Counted from the stretch's first letter, positions 11,330 through 27,581 are shown. The stretch: DNA of 64,000 nt from Eledone cirrhosa (GCA_964016885.1 OZ024741.1:178374001-178438000); one strand, 5' to 3'. Numbers and translations: made by a program. The notes: generated from the letters alone by a model not told the origin.

Positions 11330-12237
11330 TTCTATAGAGGATAAGTGGTGGGAAAGTGCGATGACGCACTCTGAGAAGCTTTGGTCCTCGACGAAGTCGA
11401 ACCAACCAGTCTGTACCGGAGGAATTTCGAGCCGGGGACGATGGACAATTTCCAGAAATCCCTCGCTTGGCAGTGCTACCGGGGTCACTGCCTGTTCGGG
11501 ATAAACTCTACAGGCACGGAAGTGCTGTCAGACGGACATGCCCAAGATGCGCACAGAACGACAAAACCGTTCTGCACGCATTTGACCAATGTCCGTGCAT
11601 TACTGACTTGTGGACTTATGTCAAACAGCTACTGTCGCGTGTGGAACAAATCCGGCTTTCGGCCGAGTCCATAGTGAAGATCGACCCGCCGCCTTCCTTA
11701 GGTCAGGAAGAGCAGGAAATTTTCCTCTGTCTGGTGGCCGTTGCAAAAGAGGTTATATGGTGGACCAGATTAAAAGGACTGAAGACAGACACTTTTTTCT
11801 TCGGCCAATCCCTCATCAACCTCTTCAAGTTCCACCTGGAAAGGAAGGTGAGGGTGGAGAGAGAAGTGGTGCCCCCCCCCCCAGTATATTTGCTAAAAGG
11901 TGGATGAATATGGCGAGAATGGCTCGTATGAATGGGCCTACTCTGACCATGCGCCTATAGGCTAGATAACTTGAGGAGAGGGGTGCTCTCCCTGGGTGCC
12001 TAAGAAAGCGCAGGGGGGCTCAGGATTGGTGGGGTACTTGAGTCACCCAGGGTCGTCCACCCCCTATCGGGGAATTTATTTTGTTGTATTTATGCATAGT
12101 TTATTTTATATTTTTATATCTTCATTGTTAAATTAGTCTTGCCATTGTGCACTTTTACTCGACCTTATTGTAAACCCCCACTGTCCCTGCCTTTGTATTG
12201 TTCCCTACATCTCGGCCCTTGTGGCTAATAAATGAAG

Positions 12238-12303
<66 letters not shown>
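11330..12303 (+). mobile_element. 3' fragment of L1/Tx1-like non-LTR retrotransposon
   Basis: LPVRDKL...CPRC...TVLHAFDQC zinc knuckle, KEVIWWTR motif, 3' UTR with AATAAA (12227) and (TAT)n tail. Confidence 0.75.
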
Positions 12304-12311
<8 letters not shown>

Positions 12312-12320
12312 TGTATACAT

Positions 12321-12580
12321 ATATATATACCCGTCGGGGTAAACATTTTCCTACACACACATGTGTATATATATATATATATGTGTGTGTGTAGGAAAAT
12401 GTTTACCCCGACGGCAGAGCTCAATCCTTTTCGACGGCTACTTCTGTCCAGAAATAGCCGACGAAACGTTTTGAGCTCTGCCGTCGGGGTTAAACAATTT
12501 CATATTACCCACTCTACTGCCCTAAGTATCGAGTACTCTGGTACGTTATGGTCCATCTGGTTCCTTACCACAACTCCTTC

Positions 12581-12581
<1 letters not shown>
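12321..12581 (+). mobile_element. Fold-back hairpin-plus-tail element carrying the 3' half of a hammerhead
   Basis: Arms 12402-12446/12449-12494, extra inversion 12321-12362/12383-12414, tail ATTACCCACTCTAC...CAACTCCTTC shared with 24913-25052 and 27036-27230. Confidence 0.75.
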
Positions 12582-12633
<52 letters not shown>

Positions 12634-12828
12634 GCATAAGTTTCTTTGCCTGCGTGTATGTGTTTAGAAGAAGAAAATGAAGTTACACATTGAAATTCTA
12701 TTGATCAGGCTCAGTTAAGAACGTTTCATAGATGTATGACTCAGGATCCATATTAGTGTTACATATCCGACTTCAGCCCATAAGACTTGTTAATCAATAA
12801 AAAGCAAAATATCATATTATTTATGATA

Positions 12829-13260
12829 CTGGCAGGGGTACCCGGCGTTGCTCGGTTATTAAATAGCAATTGTGTATACCATTTATGTCAATACTTCAGT
12901 GCTACTTCGAAAACTATACTTTTACAAAATGATCGGCTTTTTCCAAAAGAGGGTCCCTGAACCTAGGGGTCCCCTACTCAATATGTGCCAATTCTGAGAG
13001 TTCACATTCATCTGTAGGACAAACGTAGCCCATGTGTCAAGTTTTGTGAAAATCGGTTGCGAACTCCAGAAGTTATGACGTTCTGTTGCATTGCACTGCA
13101 GTTCTTCAGTCCACTCCAAGAAAGTGGTTAAAGGGGGTTATCCGCCGGGAGGCCCGATAATCAATATCTGTAAAACTGAAAGTGCCCATGACCATCCGGA
13201 GTACATAAGTAACCGATGTCTTAAGTTTGGTGAAAATACTCTAGAAATGCATAAGGTTTA
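12829..13260 (-). mobile_element. Degenerate Helitron-like element (3' end at left)
   Basis: CTGGCAGGGGTACCCGGCGTTGCTCGG resembles the 3' ends of 9244-10299 and 58884-60001; internal AAATCGGTT motif; 5' end unclear. Confidence 0.5.
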
Positions 13261-13934
13261 TACACGCGCGCGCTCATGTGTGTGTGTGTGTTTGTGTCAG
13301 TGTTGGTGGATGGTATGTATTTGTGTGTGCGTATGTATGTGTATGTCCGTCGGAGCATACGTATGTACTGGCCTAAATCTTCACTATTTACTTATACTAT
13401 TTTAATAACCTCTGTCATTTTCGTTTTCAATTTTATTTACATCATTCTTAAACTCCGGGGCTGGAAATCATTCTGTTATGTTAAATAGAATATTAGTCTA
13501 ATGACTCCATTCATACCATATACTTGGTCTTGTCTTTGCATGAAATTGTTCTTCCCGCTCCACATAACGACGTATTATCCTCGGTTTTTTTCCGTTCATT
13601 GCCAGTGAACGTCTTCACGAACCAAAAATATCGTCTTCCTGTTTTCCTTCGGTTGGAACGTTTCTCGAAATATTTACTTCTACGTTCACAGATTACTCTC
13701 ACTTCAATTTGAATGGGAAATTCCTGTTTCATCAATTGTCTCCGTAACTATGGAAGCTTGTACCCTAAAAGTCAACACAATGCCTCCTCGGGTCAGTTTG
13801 CATAACTACGTAAATTTTCACTACATTCCACCTAGCCATTTCGACGTTTATCCGACTACACCTACTTACTTACTTAAATATACAACATCCGACTACTTCC
13901 AATTTATATAGTAGTTATAATTGTCTCTATCTCC

Positions 13935-14318
<384 letters not shown>

Positions 14319-17300
14319 TATATATATATACATATATATATACATATATGTGTGTCTGTGTTTAATGTTTCCATAATTTATATGTTCGATAAAAGGCTAT
14401 AGATAATAAGTACCAGATTTGGCAGAGAGTATTGGGGTCGATATTATCGACTAAATCAATGTGATCCTCAGCATGGCTTCGTTCTACTGATTACACCACG
14501 TAAAGGAACGAAATAATGTTACATTTTCAAAGTAGAATTTATATACATCATGAATAAATACTGCACTATATTTCTTATGTTCATTATGAAAAGTGTTTGA
14601 TAAATAAAGGAAATTGTGCTTACAGTTGTATTGAAATACAAAGCCTAGTTGTTTTCCACCATGCATATTAAGTTACTATATCTCCTTACCGTATTATGGA
14701 CGTGGGTTAAAGGAAATATGATTATCACAAGTCGAGTTGGCGTGATTGTAAATAATTATTTCATTTAGTATAAAGTTCCGTTGTAAACAGCATGAACATT
14801 GTGGTATTGTTGTGTGATTGAGTAGATAGCTATCTGCCATTGATCCTTTGTTGACATTAGCACTGATGACATGTCTTAGAGCAGAGGATTCCCCCTCTTT
14901 TGTTTTGTTTTGTTCGTATTGTATATCAGAGTTTACATTATATATTGCGTCATTCTTTATGTAAGACGATACCCGCTGGTTTAAGTGAGATCTGATTGAT
15001 CTTTGTAGCAGCTTAAACGATTCTATATAAGCTCGATCAAGACCAATATTCTTTTCAGTGGTGGGCGAGCATACTCCACATAGCCTTAGTCAAAACTAAA
15101 ATTGATGATAATCATCGATCTTCTGCATACTTATTATTCAGATCTGAACTGCGCTATTCCAGCTTTTCTCTTTTTACATAACAGTATCCTATTTATTGGT
15201 CGCAGTGTCTGAGATACCGAAGAGAATTGGACATCATAGAATTCCAAGTTTGGCGCAAAACTACGAATTCACAGCTTTCTTTTCTATCAGGAAATTATTC
15301 GAAATGCGAACATTTGTAGACACGATTGTTAGATGTTAGTTGCAGTGTTAAATATCAAATTCTCTGTTTAGATGGAATCGACATTTTATTGATAATCCTC
15401 ATTTAAATTGAGATAAATACATTTGTTTTATATTTAATGTGTCAAGTCTGTCAATATTGTAAAGACGATCTTCTACATCATTCCCTTGGGAAATATTTTT
15501 TTTATTCATCTCAATATTTTACTATTCACCATTTACCATATTCTATAACAATGAAGATAACGGGCTGTTAATTTTAGAAAAGAAATGTACCTATCTATCT
15601 TTCATTCTTTATCTGATATATTTTTGACGTCATGCTGACAAGAGGGGAATTATGAAGGAGATCTATATTACTTTTCAGGGAATTAATCACGTGGAAACTT
15701 TCTCAGCAAACATATTAACTTTAATTCATACATAGGTCGTTGTTGTTGTCGTTGTAGTCGTTGTCGTCGTGCCAGAGCCTAGTAGAGTTGAATGTATTAA
15801 CCAAATATTGAACCTTTATTAATGATGCTTATCACTTCAAGAAACGCTTGAAGATATTGAACCCTTTGTAACAATGTTTCTAATGGGAGACCCTGCTTAT
15901 GAGTTTCAAATTATTTGGAAAATAATGAAGAATTTGGAAGGAGTTAATTATGTAATTAATTTTTGCATTATTAAGTTCGTGTTTATAATATAACCTGACA
16001 AAGACTGTTATATGAAATTATGATGGACGATTTTTAGATGAATATGAGCACGTTAAGACAAACGTTATTGTATTCTAAAAGCAGGAGCGTTTTCGTAGAG
16101 CTTGATATCAAAAGCGCTAAGACAGTTCTATTTGAAACGTTTCTGTAATAAAGGCTTTACACACAGTACTGCATGCTAACGCCCATTAATTAGTTGTTTG
16201 TGATATGTTAAAATGTAAGATTTATTGATTGAAAATATCGCCAACATTTCTGTTGCTCAAGTTTTTCGTCTCATTTACCACTTTGTTCTAGAAAGTAAAA
16301 TCTCAATTTGGAATCCGATCTTTACTCTTGACAAAAATTTGTGTATAAACAAAAAACATCAGCAAACATACAATTTTATTCAAACTTATATTGAAGAACT
16401 GTGTTGTATTATTTTGAAAATATCTATTCCTGTCTAACTTCTTATTCTGTTTACATATCTTGTTATCTTCTGGCCTCTCCACGAAATCGTCTGTTTCAAT
16501 TGTTCCATTTCTGTATAGAATCCATTCTTTCGTATTTTATACTATTTGTCTAATGTTTCTCGATTGGTCATTCTTCCATTTTTCCATTTTACTGTAAACC
16601 ATCGCGCATTGTTTTCGTTAGTTGGAATTATTCCCCAACAATTAAGGCAATAGCTCGAATACGGTTCCTTGTTTACGTTATTTCGTCTGTCTGGATGCGT
16701 TATAGCAACATTTATTTTTTTTTTTTTTTTATCTTGTAATTTCATTCATCTTACTTCTCTTATTCATCGTTTTTTTACCTTCAGAGGTATTCACTAAATC
16801 CATACGCTGTCTTTGCAATGCAAGCGATTCGCCCAATTGACTCCTCCCTCTTGTATAACTATCCTCTACGTACACATATATTTAAAATGGAACATTTGCG
16901 CAGCAAGACCCTCTGAGGGAGAATATTAATTTCTGAATAAGTTTTGCTTGTTGACCTGATTGAATCAACTGTCGTCGGTGTTTAACATACTTATACAGCT
17001 ATTCATCACCGGATAGTAGACGAAATGGAGACTTCCACCCTCAAACATCGAGAGCAATGCACATGCGGAGAAGTACTTTTCAATTGTATCCACTTAGTTT
17101 ATTTACAATGCAACTGCACGACTTAGACACCATTCCAGATTCCTCAAAATCGTGATGGACGGCTGCTAACTATTTAACCAATACAACTATATTTGTAATG
17201 TGTTCCATAGCGTCTTTCAGCCTATCATTATCCGGAGTGGTAGCAATCTCCCAAATATATTCAACCATTACTGACACTTACGAACATTCTAAACATCTTC

Positions 17301-17619
17301 ACCATACAGTTTTTCATCATTGTTTTATAGTATTCGTAGCGCTGTTGTCTGTATTGAAATTGTAAGGCAGGACGTGTCTTCTGTGTTCTTCTGTGAATTA
17401 TTAAATTGACAAATTAAACTTATTGTCTGCAGGTCGGACACTATCTTATTGACGACGTTCTTCCTCTGCAGTATTTATACAGCCGTGGAACATCTTTTAA
17501 CAAGTACAGTATAAAATATGACATTACTTATGGGATGATCCCATATATATATACACATATATAATAGTGCATTCGAGTTGGATTTGCAGATAGGCAACAC
17601 AAGTAGAATTATATATATA

Positions 17620-17875
17620 GTGGAAGATTGAAGAATAATATGGTCGGCTGTACAACAAGGGGTTTTATTTCAAGTATTCACAGTTGTTTCATATATATAC
17701 AGGTCTAGTACTGTATCACTCGAAGGAAATCAACAGAAGCACCCTTTCCTGATGATTTCCTTCGAATGAAACATAATAGTCCTGTTGATGCCATTTCTAT
17801 ATTAAACATTATGTACTCTACTATGTAACGAGTACCTTACTTACTGTGGTTATCCCCGATTGAACCACGGATACA
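17620..17875 (+). mobile_element. Second copy of the 8195-8408 family (inverted hammerhead-like cores)
   Basis: CTGATGA T TTC-CTTC-GAA T GAAA C...GTC CTG at 17749-17784, inverted copy 17700-17736, shared tail. Confidence 0.55.
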
Positions 17876-17901
17876 CCTACACACACACACACACACACAA
17901 C

Positions 17902-18694
<793 letters not shown>

Positions 18695-19745
18695 CTATGC
18701 TGGAACTTTATAATGACGGTCATTACTGTTGAATTCTCTAGTCTGCTGTCATTTTGATATTTATCTCACGTTGTATATCTCGGTACTAAACCCTAGATAT
18801 ATAATTTTATTTCATTTAGTTTCAATGTATATTCCTACTTGATTTAAATGTGCTTATAATTACTGCACGCAACAATTGTTTAAAGCATTTGTAATCATAC
18901 CTGATAACAATGTTGTACGCATTTAGGAACACGAAGCTGCATATATTGATGAATTAGAAACTAACATGAAACTGGTGAAATCATCATTTTCTTAAATAAT
19001 AATAATTGTAGCAACAACAACAACAACAACAACAACAAAAGCAAAAACAACAACAACAATAATAATAATAATAATGAAGATGACGAAGTGTAGGACATAG
19101 ATAAAGGAGACTCGTATAGCTACGGTGATGGTGACATTGACTAAAATCAAATTCATATAGAAAAACAAGAGGCAGAAAATTCTCACTGATAGAATCCAAT
19201 TACAAAACAATAATTGGATTAGAAGCATGCCTAAAAATAATCAGCGAAACACAATTGGAAAACATAATATACAGCTATTGACAAAGAAGGTAATATACCA
19301 GTCAATGTGGAAGCCTCTACATCATGTCTCAATCTACTAAAAAGACCAATACAACCGCATCCGACTACATTTAAAGAGAGCAGGTTATATCAGGTATTAA
19401 ATGAAAATCACCGCTAAATAGATAGCTAAACCATGTTTTAAATAGCATCCATTATCTTCTTTATCAGGCTTGACCTTGTTCTAAAACCAAATACGATGTT
19501 ATACACCTGCAGAGCGCAATTGTATTCAAAGTTTTAAAAACTAAATTTTGAATATCTCTGATACAATTAACATTTAAATGAAAAGGGAATAAATAAACTA
19601 TAACTGGGATGTAGAAAGGCGAAAGGCAGCATCTGTGATGTTTGTAAGGGTTTTCATAATGATAGTTGGATGCGACGAGGTTATACGCAGACTAGAGACA
19701 TCACTCTACCGTTCGCAATAGAGTACATTCCGATAAACACTAAAT

Positions 19746-19903
19746 AATTGTTTCTACTTTAGGCACAAGGCCAGCAATTACCCAGTGCATTACTGGTACT
19801 TTATTTTATCGACCCCGTAAGGATGAAAGGCAAACTCAACCTCGGCGGGATTTGAACTCAGATCGTAAAGGGACGTAACTATGCTGGAAAGCATGGCGTC
19901 CGA
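19746..19903 (-). mobile_element. tRNA-derived SINE (octopus OK-like)
   Basis: Reverse complement of 60215-60400 unit (GAGTTCAAATCC B box, GCCTTTCATCC...GGGGTCGATAAAATAAAGTACCAG core). Confidence 0.85.
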
Positions 19904-21369
19904 ATGGTCAATTAATGGTGTTAATGTGGGCTTACATATTAAATCTATCAACCAAAAACAGACACAATTCATCAGACCAGTCGTCTACTCAACTTCTGCT
20001 TGCTGAATTTCGCGTGGGTTGTTTCCATACTATATTACTAATCACATGATCAAGCTGCCCAGCAGTTGGATGTAAGCTCTAAACAAGGTATTTCAAAATG
20101 AACGTCTTATACATGTAGACATAGAACATTTTACACGTGGACAATATAAAACACATATTGAGAAAATCTAACTGTAGCATTGTCTGTAACCATCTTCATT
20201 GATCTAGAGGAAGATCCGAACTAGAACCATTACAACAATAACAGTTATCTACTGACAATTTGAAATTGAAGTTAAAACAAAGGTAAATACAAATAAAGGA
20301 GGGTGTACGTATGCACTCGCTCAAACAGGCAGAATTATCGACTAAGTTTAAAACAAACTACATTTAATGAAAACCAAGACGAAGAAAGGTGTAGGTTAGT
20401 AAAGCTGAAACAGATTTAACTATAAGTTTACTAAACCTTAGCTGATCTGTGGAATGACCAACAAGATCAACAATCAGAAGAAATATTGCTACTTATTATC
20501 AGTCTACGAAATTCCCAAATTACCTTTCCCAAATTAAATGTAAATGGTGGATAGATGCATACAGCATGCCCAGTGGTTATTCCCAAAATTGAGTTAATAT
20601 ACAACAGAATAGGTCAGCTGAGTATATTCTTATGTATCTTGTTAGGAGGAATTGAATTTGTTATCAACATAAAATGGAATGAATTTAATCCCTAGAAAGC
20701 TGCTGAATCAGTTTGACTAACAATGCTGTATGACCTGACAGTTCTCTTAAATAAGAATGTCTTTGCCAATAGACAAGATATAATTATAAAATATTACACA
20801 CATGAAATGTGTACTCTAACTGATATGCTATTATTCACGCACAGGAACATGTCAATCAACGAAACTGAAAAAGAAAAGAAAATCAAAATAAGAATTCTGA
20901 TATAGAAGTAGTGAGGAAATGGAACGTATAGAAATGGAACGTGTACACAACAGTTGCATCAGCCATTTTGAATCACACATATCTGTAAGCGGTGAATAAA
21001 TTAAATGTACTATAAAACTAACACCTTATTAATGCAAACACAATTTCGGAACTACAGAAAGGTGGCTCTCCAGAGAAGCATCCATATCATTATAATGAGG
21101 ATCTCTAGGATAGAAAGTAAAAAAAAAGGTAACTAAACTAAAATGATTGACAGCTATATTAAACTAAATGATGCACCCTTTCACAAAATAGCAAACCTAC
21201 CATGAATTCTGTATGCAAGGTTATATATGATGCAGAAATAATTACATAATACTATCACTTGGTACAGAGAGAAGCTTCATTGAATACATCGTAAAGAAAT
21301 AACAATAATTATAAGCCATAATATCATAATAGTAGTGATATTCATTATTATTATGAATTTTGTTTAAGT

Positions 21370-21793
21370 AGATTGGCAGTATCGGTAGAGCGTCAGACAC
21401 CATCCTATGCAGCATGGAGTTACGCCCCTTTACGTTCGGATTTCAAATCCCGCCAAGGTTAGCGTTGCCTTTCATCCTTACGTGGTCGATAAGATAAAGT
21501 TCCAGTAATACAATGGGGTAATTGCTGGCCTTGTGCCAAAAGTAGAAACAATTATTAGGAATGTTATTATTGTTATCGTTGATAATAAGATTATTATTAA
21601 TAATAACTATTTCTACGTTTGGTACAAGGCCAGAAACTACCCAGAGCATTACTGGTACTTTATTTTATCGACCCGTAAGGATGAAAGGCAAAGTTACCCT
21701 TGGCGGGATTTGAACTCAGAATGGCAAGGGCCGTAACTCTATACGTCAAAGCATAGCATCCGACCCTCTACCGATACTGCCAATCCACCGCCT
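21370..21793. mobile_element. Two SINE copies tail-to-tail (21370-21556 +, 21605-21793 -)
   Basis: Both match the 60215-60400 SINE; separated by AT-rich spacer. Confidence 0.85.
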
Positions 21794-21899
21794 ATTAATG
21801 ATAACAATAATGAATTATTAATATTATTGTTATCATCATAGTTGTTATTATTAGTATCATTATTATTCATTTACACAATATTGTTCGTATTCCATTGAA

Positions 21900-23650
21900 T
21901 CCTATAATAGAGTCCCTATAATTTAAGGTAACTTCAGATAGACAGTATTTTCCGCAGGATATTGCTGTTCGCAAAAGTTTGGTTACTTGCATTCATAATG
22001 CTGGGATTGATTCCAATTGTGTGAAGGTATTTCTCGCCATATTTTGTCACCGACCCAAAAGCCCCAATTGCTCTTCCTTTCATATGCTACATTTTCTCAA
22101 CATCTATTGTCAAATCTGCATGCACTATGGTGTTTTTCACGTACATTATCATTGATGTAATGATTTTATGGGTAAGCTACATCGATCAACAAAACTCTTC
22201 TTTCTGTACCTTTCTCCATCAAAGCTATATCTGGCATTATATTTTCATGAACTCTATCTGTATGGATTGTAAGGTTCCTCAAGGTTTTCACAGTTTCATT
22301 TTCTCTGGTTTGTGTTAATACCAATTCTCGGTGATTGCAAATCTATATTTCTTGCATAAAGACCAATGGAGGTGTAATCACATATTATCGTGACACATTT
22401 TATTTTCCCAATGCTCAAGCAAGTCAGAAGCATTCAGGATGTGTGTCTCCTTCCCACAAACCTACACTTATTTGTTTCATCTGGGTTATATTTATCGTGT
22501 TTGTGTTCTTTGCTTGAACTTGAGCAACTGATAATAAACTTTCTCTTGCTCTTTTAAGATCACATTTTGTCAACCAATTCCGTATAGACCCCGCTTTTAC
22601 TTCGTTTCTCTTTCAAATTGATCATGTAATTCAATACTCTCTTGTGTGCTCAGTTTATCAGCAAATAGATTTTGTTTGTAACTTATTTTACTTTCAAAGG
22701 TTTCAATGTAAGTTCTGTGCATTTAGCAACATACCTTAAACATTTACCCTAACGTTGTTGTAAAGAACATCTGATTTGCAGAGAAAAATCTATTCTATTC
22801 GTATTCTTTTTGTTTATTTCGATCCGTCACATTTTCCATCATTACATTCAAACCTTTCAAATTCATTTTATACCTCATTTCCATGAGTCGTTTCTCCCCT
22901 ACTTTGGCCTTCTTCCATTCTCCTCAATGCCATACATCCATTTTACCTAGATATTTTCTGTTGAATTATATCACTTTGCAATCTTAATGTACCTTATATA
23001 TTCTTTATTTTTAGTTTGCTTAATAGCTTATCGCTCACTCACCAGAACCCCAGCAACGCTAATAAATTTTCTCAAATTGTTGATGCCAAAGGGTTTTATG
23101 TACTCATTGCATGGATTACTTTGGCAGTCTCAGTTTCTAAACGACTTCTCCCTATATTCTAAAGATTAAGCGGCGTCTTACTGAATCAAGGAACATTAAA
23201 CAGACCTCTCAATATTTTAATGATCGATCTTCTTTCTTCCTTTTCTTCGTTTTCATTTTCATTCACACTTTCAATGTCCACATCATCAGCCACTTGATTT
23301 TCCACCCTCTCGCAATTAGTGGTTCATAATGTTTTTCCCTTATCAGCATTTCGGTAGGCTCATTCTTCCTCAGTTGGTTCATTTTCATTGAAATCTCTAT
23401 GTTTCCCTTATTCCACATGTGCCCCATTTAAGGTACCTTCAGCATTAACATTCGTACTGTTAACTTCAAATTCCAAGGCCTCTAATTCAACATTCGTGAG
23501 CCAATTACTCCACCTAATTTTCTTTAGCTGTCCATCAGATTCCATCAGATTGGTTACACTGATTTCAAACATTCCCATTATTTTCCAATACTGAAGCATC
23601 CGTTCACCTACAACGCAGGCTCCACCTTCTATTGCAAGATTGTGAAACTT
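21900..23650 (-). pseudogene. Heavily decayed R4/Dong-like non-LTR retrotransposon (5' part)
   Basis: MLQYWKIMGMFEISVTNLM...QLKK...WLTNVELE resembles the N-terminal block of 30550-30850 (RMKLHW...KQLRQQ); rest fragmented; boundaries approximate. Confidence 0.5.
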
Positions 23651-24036
23651 TATTGTGTTGGTAGCGGTGCTGGCGGCGCTGAAGCTGAGAAAGTTATTGC
23701 TTGAAAGTGTTACTGTTTCAAATGTTTCTGCAGTGGTGGTGATGTCGGCAGCGGCGGTGGTGGTGGTGGTGATGGTTGTGCGGGTGGTGGCGGAGGAGAT
23801 TGTGGTGGTGGTGGTTGTGGTGGTTGTGCTTGTGGTGTGGGTGCCATTGCGACTGTTTGTCGGTGGTTTTCCTTTCTTTTTCTTATCGTATAAGTAATGC
23901 AGCTTGTTTTTTTTTCCTGGTGAAGGTCAGCGCATCTAGAACTGCTTTATTAGTGACATTGTCTATGTAGACCAGTCCAAGCTTCGCTAGCAGGTAAGGT
24001 GTATGTTAAATGATGAGGATGGGTATGAGGGGGATA

Positions 24037-24080
<44 letters not shown>

Positions 24081-24515
24081 ACATATAAGCATGTACATAT
24101 ATATACTTATATATAACAAATTAGGATAATTGAATGGATATCTAAAATCATTTAATATCCTTATGAATAAAAAAAACATAGTAAGAAGAGGAGAAACAAA
24201 TATGTTGAATATAGCAAAGAATTATCAATTATCTTTTCCTTATTTTCATTGTATTGTTATATTATATAAATATTGGTTACATCATTTGTATTGACACACC
24301 TGCAATGTTATGAAATGATTTAATAAATCTATTCAATCAACATAATTTCTTGTATATTCTCGGTGTTATTATGTGTTTTTTCGTATTTTCTTAATCAACA
24401 TTTTTAATCAACATTTTTAATCAACTTCTCTCCCATATTTCTATAGATAATGACATAAACGTCGAGATTAAAAATGTTATTAATTGGCAATTTTGATTGT
24501 TACTGCTTTACTCCG

Positions 24516-24558
<43 letters not shown>

Positions 24559-24583
24559 ATGTATCTATATCTATATCTATATC

Positions 24584-24694
<111 letters not shown>

Positions 24695-24701
24695 ATGTAT
24701 C

Positions 24702-24756
<55 letters not shown>

Positions 24757-24794
24757 ATGTATCTATATCTATATCTATATCTATATGTGTATAT

Positions 24795-24871
<77 letters not shown>

Positions 24872-24912
24872 CATGTATATATATATATATATACACACTT
24901 ATATACATATAT

Positions 24913-25052
24913 AGTCCAGAATTAGCCGTCGAAACGGCTTGAGCTCAGCTGTCAGGGTCCTACTCGTTCCTATTACCCACTCTACTACCCTAAGTATTGA
25001 GTACTTTGGTGCGTTATGGTCCACCTGGTTCCTTACCACATTTCCTTCGTTA
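24913..25052 (+). mobile_element. Single-arm copy of the half-hammerhead family
   Basis: CCAGAATTAGCCGTC GAAA CGGC TTGAGCTCA GCTG TC AGGGT plus shared tail; between TA tracts. Confidence 0.7.
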
Positions 25053-25664
25053 TACATACTTATATACATATATATATATAGATGTGTGTCTGTGCATGTG
25101 TATATATATATACATCTGCTATGTGTATGTTTATATATAGACCGATAATAAAACACACATTAACAAATACGCACAAAAGCACATTCTCTTAAACTTATAC
25201 AAACACATATCATCCTCATAGCTTCATTCAAACACACAAACACACACACACACACGCGCACACACATATCTTCACAGCTTCGTACAGACAATCACACACA
25301 CACACACGCACACATATATATGTATATATATATACACTCTAGATACAAAAAGATATTTACATCCATGTAAAAGTTGAAGTGGCGGTAAACAAACCTAAAA
25401 CTATATAATAGATTGAGTTAGTGGATCATTCGTGGCGATAATTGTGGAAGTATATTGTGTGATTGGCAATTTGTGAGGTAAAAGCCTGTCGTGAGGTAGC
25501 TCTAGGGCTTTGGACCCGTTAAAAGAGATAGGAGAGTGAGAATGTATTAAGGAAGAGATGAAAATTAGTGCATTACATGTATAAATAGGGAGATATTGCT
25601 GTTGATAACCATAATTCAGGCAGTTTGATGGCGACAAGTGAGATGAGAAGAAAGAGGTAGATTA

Positions 25665-25695
<31 letters not shown>

Positions 25696-26202
25696 TATTT
25701 AAAAAAACTGCGATAATATCGCTTATGCTGAACACCTAATTTTTGTTGAGTTTTTTCGGAATGTTTTGACTAATTCGGTTAGCCCCATGGCTAGAGGAAA
25801 GCGATGGTAACAATGGTAGTGCCAAGAACCTTTAACGGACTTTAAATGCGATCATCCATTAAATAACAATATAGTAGCGAGCTGAAATGTGTCAGCCACG
25901 TGCGTAGATAACCACTCTAATTCACAACTTAAAAGAGTGAGTGACAAAATTAGTAGCAGGATAAAGAGTGCATATCAAAACAAAAACACAATAAAAAGTG
26001 AAAAATTGTTTAACTTACTCTCAATATTCCGCTCGTTGGGAGATAATAGTAATAATAAGGGTTGATGGAGCCAGCATATTTATTAATGCCAGTGCCGGTT
26101 GTATCTCAGCGCACTCAATGGGCAATGTAAGATACATTAGCAGAGTATACACATAGTTATTTGCCTCAACACAACACACGTAAAACGGGTGCCTATAAGG
26201 TT

Positions 26203-26317
26203 CCCGGATTTGAGTTTCTGCCGCACTAATGCAGCAGTAAGGTGCACTGCACCATCTGTCTGCAACATATATATTATGCAACAATGCACAATCGGCTTAT
26301 GCGATTTCATCAGCGCG
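26203..26317 (-). ncRNA. Degenerate type I hammerhead (same family as 1605-1713)
   Basis: Minus strand: CGCG CTGATGA ...long stem II... GAAA CTCAAA TC CGGG. Confidence 0.55.
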
Positions 26318-26476
26318 TATCGCCTAATCAATAACCAATCGATCGACATAATCCAAACACCGGCCCGTGCCGGTCATGACTGTTTGTGACAACCGACACG
26401 GTAAAGCGATTAACTGGCAACCGATGGCACTCTTTTTCTCAACTAGCCACTGATTTACAATACGTGGGGACACATG

Positions 26477-26540
<64 letters not shown>

Positions 26541-26542
26541 TG

Positions 26543-26577
<35 letters not shown>

Positions 26578-27035
26578 TGGGAGAGATGACCCCTTAGCCT
26601 TTGTCAAGGCAGAATTCTAGGAGAAGGAAAACTCTGATATAACACCTGCAACCCTGATGGTATCCAATGATGTTGACTTGTTCTTCTTTTTGGTAAATAT
26701 CATCTTGGTTAAGAGAGTGGGACTGGCTTTGTGCAGTGCCTTTGCTCACTATAAAAGCTTCACGGCACAGGCATTGCTTTATATCTGGAGATCTCTCTGC
26801 ACTTGTCGTCACATGGTACCATGGGCCCAGCACTATGTGTCAATGGTTGTCCTACCATGGGCCCAGCACTATGTGTCAATAATTGTCACAAGTGTAGTGT
26901 TTGTACCAGAGTTTTCAAGTCGCTGGCTGGACTAAAAAGTCACACTCGTTCAGCGCATCGGTAGGGGTTCTCCTACATGGATATAAAGTAGTGGCCGTAC
27001 TCGAAAACGAGTTGGCAGCCACCATATATATATAT

Positions 27036-27230
27036 AGGAGAAAGTATGAACCCGATGGCAGAGCTCAGGCCGATTCGATGGGTATTTCTGGACTCCAGAG
27101 ATAGCCGTCGAAATGGCTTGAGCTCTGCCGTCGGGGTCATACTTTCTCCTATCACCCACTCTACTACCTCAAGTATTGAGTACTCTGGTGCGTTATGGTC
27201 CATCTGGTTCCTTACCACAACTCCTTCGTT
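27036..27230 (+). mobile_element. Fold-back hairpin-plus-tail element (half-hammerhead family)
   Basis: Arms 27036-27092/27094-27150, tail to 27230, TA tracts both sides. Confidence 0.78.
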
Positions 27231-27254
27231 ATATATATATATATATACAGTATA

Positions 27255-27352
<98 letters not shown>

Positions 27353-27453
27353 CATATATATATACATATATATATATACATATAAATATACATATATATA
27401 TACATATATATATATACATATATATATACATATATACATATATATATATACAC

Positions 27454-27492
<39 letters not shown>

Positions 27493-27510
27493 CCTATAGA
27501 TATATACATA

Positions 27511-27581
<71 letters not shown>

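Noticed and set aside
16430-17520. Possible old retroelement remnants (also 19100-21300, 28680-29650)
   Set aside because: Composition is suggestive but no diagnostic protein motif could be read
26818-26880. 35-bp tandem duplication (ACCATGGGCCCAGCACTATGTGTCAAT x2)
   Set aside because: Only two units; simple local duplication with no further structure
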